Below are positions 61,301 to 64,000 of a stretch of DNA of 64,000 nucleotides, piece by piece. The stretch's first letter is position 1. Every line of letters starts with the position of its first letter. A program made the position numbers and the translations under genes. The stretch lies in the NCBI RefSeq assembly GCF_016222945.1, contig NZ_JACRPY010000003.1. One strand, written 5' to 3'. A model generated the notes under the pieces. The model saw nothing but the letters and a program-made list of their open reading frames with translations. It ran no database searches and was not told where the DNA came from. Source of the stretch: Methanobacterium sp. (GTDB taxonomy: Archaea > Methanobacteriota > Methanobacteria > Methanobacteriales > Methanobacteriaceae).

Positions 61301-61558
61301 TTCCTCAACCTCCAAAATTTAATTTGAAATATTGAATTATTTAAAAGATAAACCCTAATTGATCTTTTTTTTAAACCCCTTAATTTTTATCTCAATATAT
61401 TTATATCTTTATTAAGAGAATCTTATTAATTTATATTGATCCAAAAGATAGATATCATTGGTTTATCTTTATAAATTCCATTCCATTGTCTGTTTGGAAC
61501 TATTTAAGTAGATTTTGTAACTTTTAAGTGACTAAGTAACCATATGGTAACCTGGTGA

Positions 61559-61960
61559 GAATATAGGACCAATGAAACGTCTTGTGACAACCTTTGTCCT
61601 GTAAGCAAGGCTTTAGTGTTTATAAGTAAAAAATGGAGTGTTGAAATAATCAGAGACATGTTCTTTGGCAAGAAACGCTTCAAAGAATTTAAGGAATGAA
61701 ACCCTAATTTAAGTAATAAAGTTTTATCAGACTGCCTTAAAAATTTGGAGAACAATGGACTTATTGAAAAGAAAATAATAAATTCTAAACCGATTTCTAC
61801 TGAATATCATTTAACTGAAAATGGAAAATCATTAAATCGAGTTATATACGAACTTGCAGTTTTTGCTTTAAAAGAAAGTGTCGACGAAGAATATGCCAAT
61901 GAATCCACTCGTATGCAGATAAAACAAAATTTTAAGGAAACATTACAGATTAATGACTAA
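61559..61960 (+). pseudogene. HxlR-family regulator with in-frame TGA and no in-frame start
   Basis: A single frame reads ..CDNLCPVSKALVFISKKWSVEIIRDMFFGKKRFKEFKE-TGA(61697..61699)-NPNLSNKVLSDCLKNLENNGLIEKK..TEYHLTENG... The nearest upstream ATG (61572) is in another frame. Confidence 0.6.
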
Positions 61961-62003
61961 AAGGAATGCATAATTAAAGTTATAATTCTTCAAAGGTGCT
62001 ATT

Positions 62004-62648
62004 TTGACTCTTAAAAATGATTTAATCTCAAAAATATCTGATAAAAATGTTAATATCCATGAATTCGTTCAAATTGTGATTAATGACGGATCTATACGGG
62101 ATGAAATAGTAAATCAGATGTTGAATAACAAAAATATAATGGTGTACTATCATTCCTATTATATCATATCTAAAGCCAGTGAATTAAAGCCAGAAATGTT
62201 TTATAAATATTGGGATGAGTTTGTTTCACTGTTAAATCATGAAAATTCGTATCATCGAGATTTTGGCCTAACTTTAACTGCCAATTTAACAGAAGTGGAT
62301 AAAGAAAATAAATTTTCTTCTATATTTGAAGATTATTTTAAATGCATCAACGATTCAAAATTCATGACTGCCAGACATTGCATTCAAAATACAGCAAAGA
62401 TTCTTGCAAATAAACACGAATTAAAAGATGACGTAATAAATATGCTATTGGATATAGATAATCGATGCAATTTTCCCCAAAAACAAAAAGCTTTATTAAA
62501 ATCAGATGTTATAGGCGTGTTTGATGAATTTTATGGCAAAATAACCAGTAAAGAAAGAATAAATGAATTCGTGAAAACTGAATTAGATAGTATTAGCCCC
62601 AAAACTAAAAAAAGAGCCAGAGAATTTATTTTGAAGTATGAATTTTAA
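62004..62648 (+). CDS. Hypothetical protein
   Basis: 214 aa, TTG start 5 nt after AAGGTG, helical-repeat-like composition. Confidence 0.5.
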   Translation: MTLKNDLISKISDKNVNIHEFVQIVINDGSIRDEIVNQMLNNKNIMVYYHSYYIISKASELKPEMFYKYWDEFVSLLNHENSYHRDFGLTLTANLTEVDKENKFSSIFEDYFKCINDSKFMTARHCIQNTAKILANKHELKDDVINMLLDIDNRCNFPQKQKALLKSDVIGVFDEFYGKITSKERINEFVKTELDSISPKTKKRAREFILKYEF

Positions 62649-62687
62649 AATTTTTAATGGCTTTTTTAAAAATATGGCAGAGATAGT

Positions 62688-63386
62688 ATGAAAACTTGGA
62701 ATACCGAAAATTGCACAATCTACCAACTACTAAAAGATAGAAGCAATTCCTTCCTAATTAACCAGGGAAATAATTACATTCTTGTTGATACAGGCCATAA
62801 AAACTCATATAAAGGACTAAAAACCAAACTTGACGAACTTTTAGGCGAAAATAAATTATCATGTTTAATATTAACTCATACTCATTTTGACCATGCAGAA
62901 AACGCGTCCAGAATAAAAGAAATGTATAAATGCCCAATAATTGCCCATGAAAGCGAAGCAGACTATTTAAAACATGGAAATACTCCTTTACCGAAAGGAA
63001 CTAACATTCTAACCAGATTTTTAATAAAATCAGTTGTAAAACGTGTGAATCCACAATCTGAATATGAAACTGCTACTCCTGACATTCTTGTATGTGAAAA
63101 CTATGATTTATGGCCCTTAGGATTTAATGCATACATCATTCACACTCCAGGCCATACAATCGGCTCTATGAGCATTATTATTGATAGTGAAGTAGCTCTT
63201 GTGGGAGATACACTGTTCGGAGTGTTTAACTGGTCAACATATCCTCCTTTTGCTGATGATCCTAAAACTATGATTAAAAGCTGGGGAAAACTACTTAGTA
63301 CTGATTGTAGACTCTTTTTACCAGGTCATGGGAGAAAAATTAGTCGTAGACTGTTGGAAAAACAATATGAGAAACATAAAAGGTAA
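62688..63386 (+). CDS. Metallo-beta-lactamase-fold hydrolase
   Basis: ..LTHTHFDHAENA.. (HxHxDH), ..HTPGHT.., ..LPGHG... Confidence 0.85.
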   Translation: MKTWNTENCTIYQLLKDRSNSFLINQGNNYILVDTGHKNSYKGLKTKLDELLGENKLSCLILTHTHFDHAENASRIKEMYKCPIIAHESEADYLKHGNTPLPKGTNILTRFLIKSVVKRVNPQSEYETATPDILVCENYDLWPLGFNAYIIHTPGHTIGSMSIIIDSEVALVGDTLFGVFNWSTYPPFADDPKTMIKSWGKLLSTDCRLFLPGHGRKISRRLLEKQYEKHKR

Positions 63387-63435
63387 TAATAGAGAACCTA
63401 ATAAAAAAGATAAATACTATCTTTAAAGGGGTGAA

Positions 63436-64000
63436 ATGATGAAATTTCAAAGAGGAAGTTTATTTAAACCAGAAAAAGAGTATTATAAAATTGCTGGAAT
63501 TTTATTGTTAATAGGCAGTGTGCAGTTTTTTCTATCAGTTACTCTAGCAGAAGCATTATTTCCAGGTTATAGTGTCAGAAACAACACCTTAAGCCATCTT
63601 GGAGGATCAATACCTGTTTTAGAGCCATCTGCAGCCATATTTAACTTCAGTGTTATTTTACTTGGAATTTTAAGTCTGGCAGCCGTTTATCTAATCCTTA
63701 AAAGTGGTGGTTGTCGTCTTTTCTCATCATGCCTTGCAATTTCTGCTGTAGGCGCCCTTGGAGTTGGATTATTCCCTGCATATACTGGAAACCCTCACTT
63801 ATTTTTTGCCTCTTTAGCATTCCTCTTCGGAAGCTTAACAGCCATATTCAGTTACCGGTTGGGCCTTAACATTCCAATAGTTATAGTATCCATGGTAATA
63901 GGTTTAGTATCGCTTTTAAGTCTCCTCTCACTCTTCATTTTAGGTCCTGGAACCACTAACCCTCTTATATTATATTTGGGAATTGGAGGTACTGAACGGT
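63436..64000 (+). CDS. DUF998-like membrane protein (3' end outside window)
   Basis: The frame is open from ATG 63436/63439 to the window end. ..LAEALFPGYSVRNNTLSHLGG.. plus multiple TM helices. SD GGGGTGA. Confidence 0.55.
   Translation, partial: MMKFQRGSLFKPEKEYYKIAGILLLIGSVQFFLSVTLAEALFPGYSVRNNTLSHLGGSIPVLEPSAAIFNFSVILLGILSLAAVYLILKSGGCRLFSSCLAISAVGALGVGLFPAYTGNPHLFFASLAFLFGSLTAIFSYRLGLNIPIVIVSMVIGLVSLLSLLSLFILGPGTTNPLILYLGIGGTER

Noticed and set aside
61112-61327. Two tracked ORFs on opposite strands (61112..61315 minus, 61139..61327 plus) in the flavoprotein/HxlR intergenic region.
   Set aside because: Both are translations of the palindromic hairpin-array repeat. Mirrored open frames on both strands are expected from such sequence, and neither has a start context.
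61060-61699. The in-frame TGA codons (61060..61062 and 61697..61699) as selenocysteine or a TGA-sense recoding.
   Set aside because: Several well-supported genes in this window terminate with TGA (for example the STAS gene at 35192..35194 and the radical SAM gene at 56243..56245). No SECIS-like hairpin is evident. Both genes also lack usable start codons, which favours pseudogenes.

Overview
Archaeal chromosomal fragment, AT-rich. Gene content and protein similarity fit a Methanobacteriales (Methanobacterium-like) methanogen; that lineage call is inference. All family calls rest on motif recognition in the translated ORFs, because no HMM or BLAST search could be run.

Positions 1-6820 hold the conserved archaeal transcription/translation cluster: rpoA'' 3' end, L30e, NusA-KH, S12, S7, EF-2, EF-1alpha, S10 and tRNA-Ser(UGA). 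The rest is accessory-type sequence. The observations I rank highest:

1. 33345-40175: a co-directional six-gene cluster. It encodes a bacterial-type partner-switching module (STAS protein, two RsbW-like kinases, a membrane 5TM-sensor PP2C phosphatase). One kinase is fused to a GNAT acetyltransferase. A TPP enzyme and an acetyl-CoA hydrolase/transferase are interleaved. Archaea have no sigma factors, so the output is unknown.
2. 23862-29855: a defence-island-like stretch. It has an 818-aa Rad50/RloC-like ABC ATPase with a CxxC zinc hook, preceded by a small overlapping ORF. A two-gene module (177-aa unknown plus HNH protein) is transcribed divergently from it.
3. 43570-56955: three tandem PMP-repeat adhesin-like genes. 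They share a duplicated roughly 200-nt leader with a perfect 8-3-8 palindrome and have an anomalous start context. The third copy has no canonical start codon, and a hairpin-array element is inserted in its leader. A B12-radical-SAM gene and a Cys-rich membrane protein gene follow.
4. 11309-15405: an operon of acetoacetate-decarboxylase-like, SDR and DUF362-like/EF-hand genes.

Smaller items: three decayed genes (HD frameshift; flavoprotein and HxlR each with an in-frame TGA), unannotated small membrane ORFs, and several repeated intergenic motifs. No CRISPR array, rRNA gene or recognisable transposase was seen.
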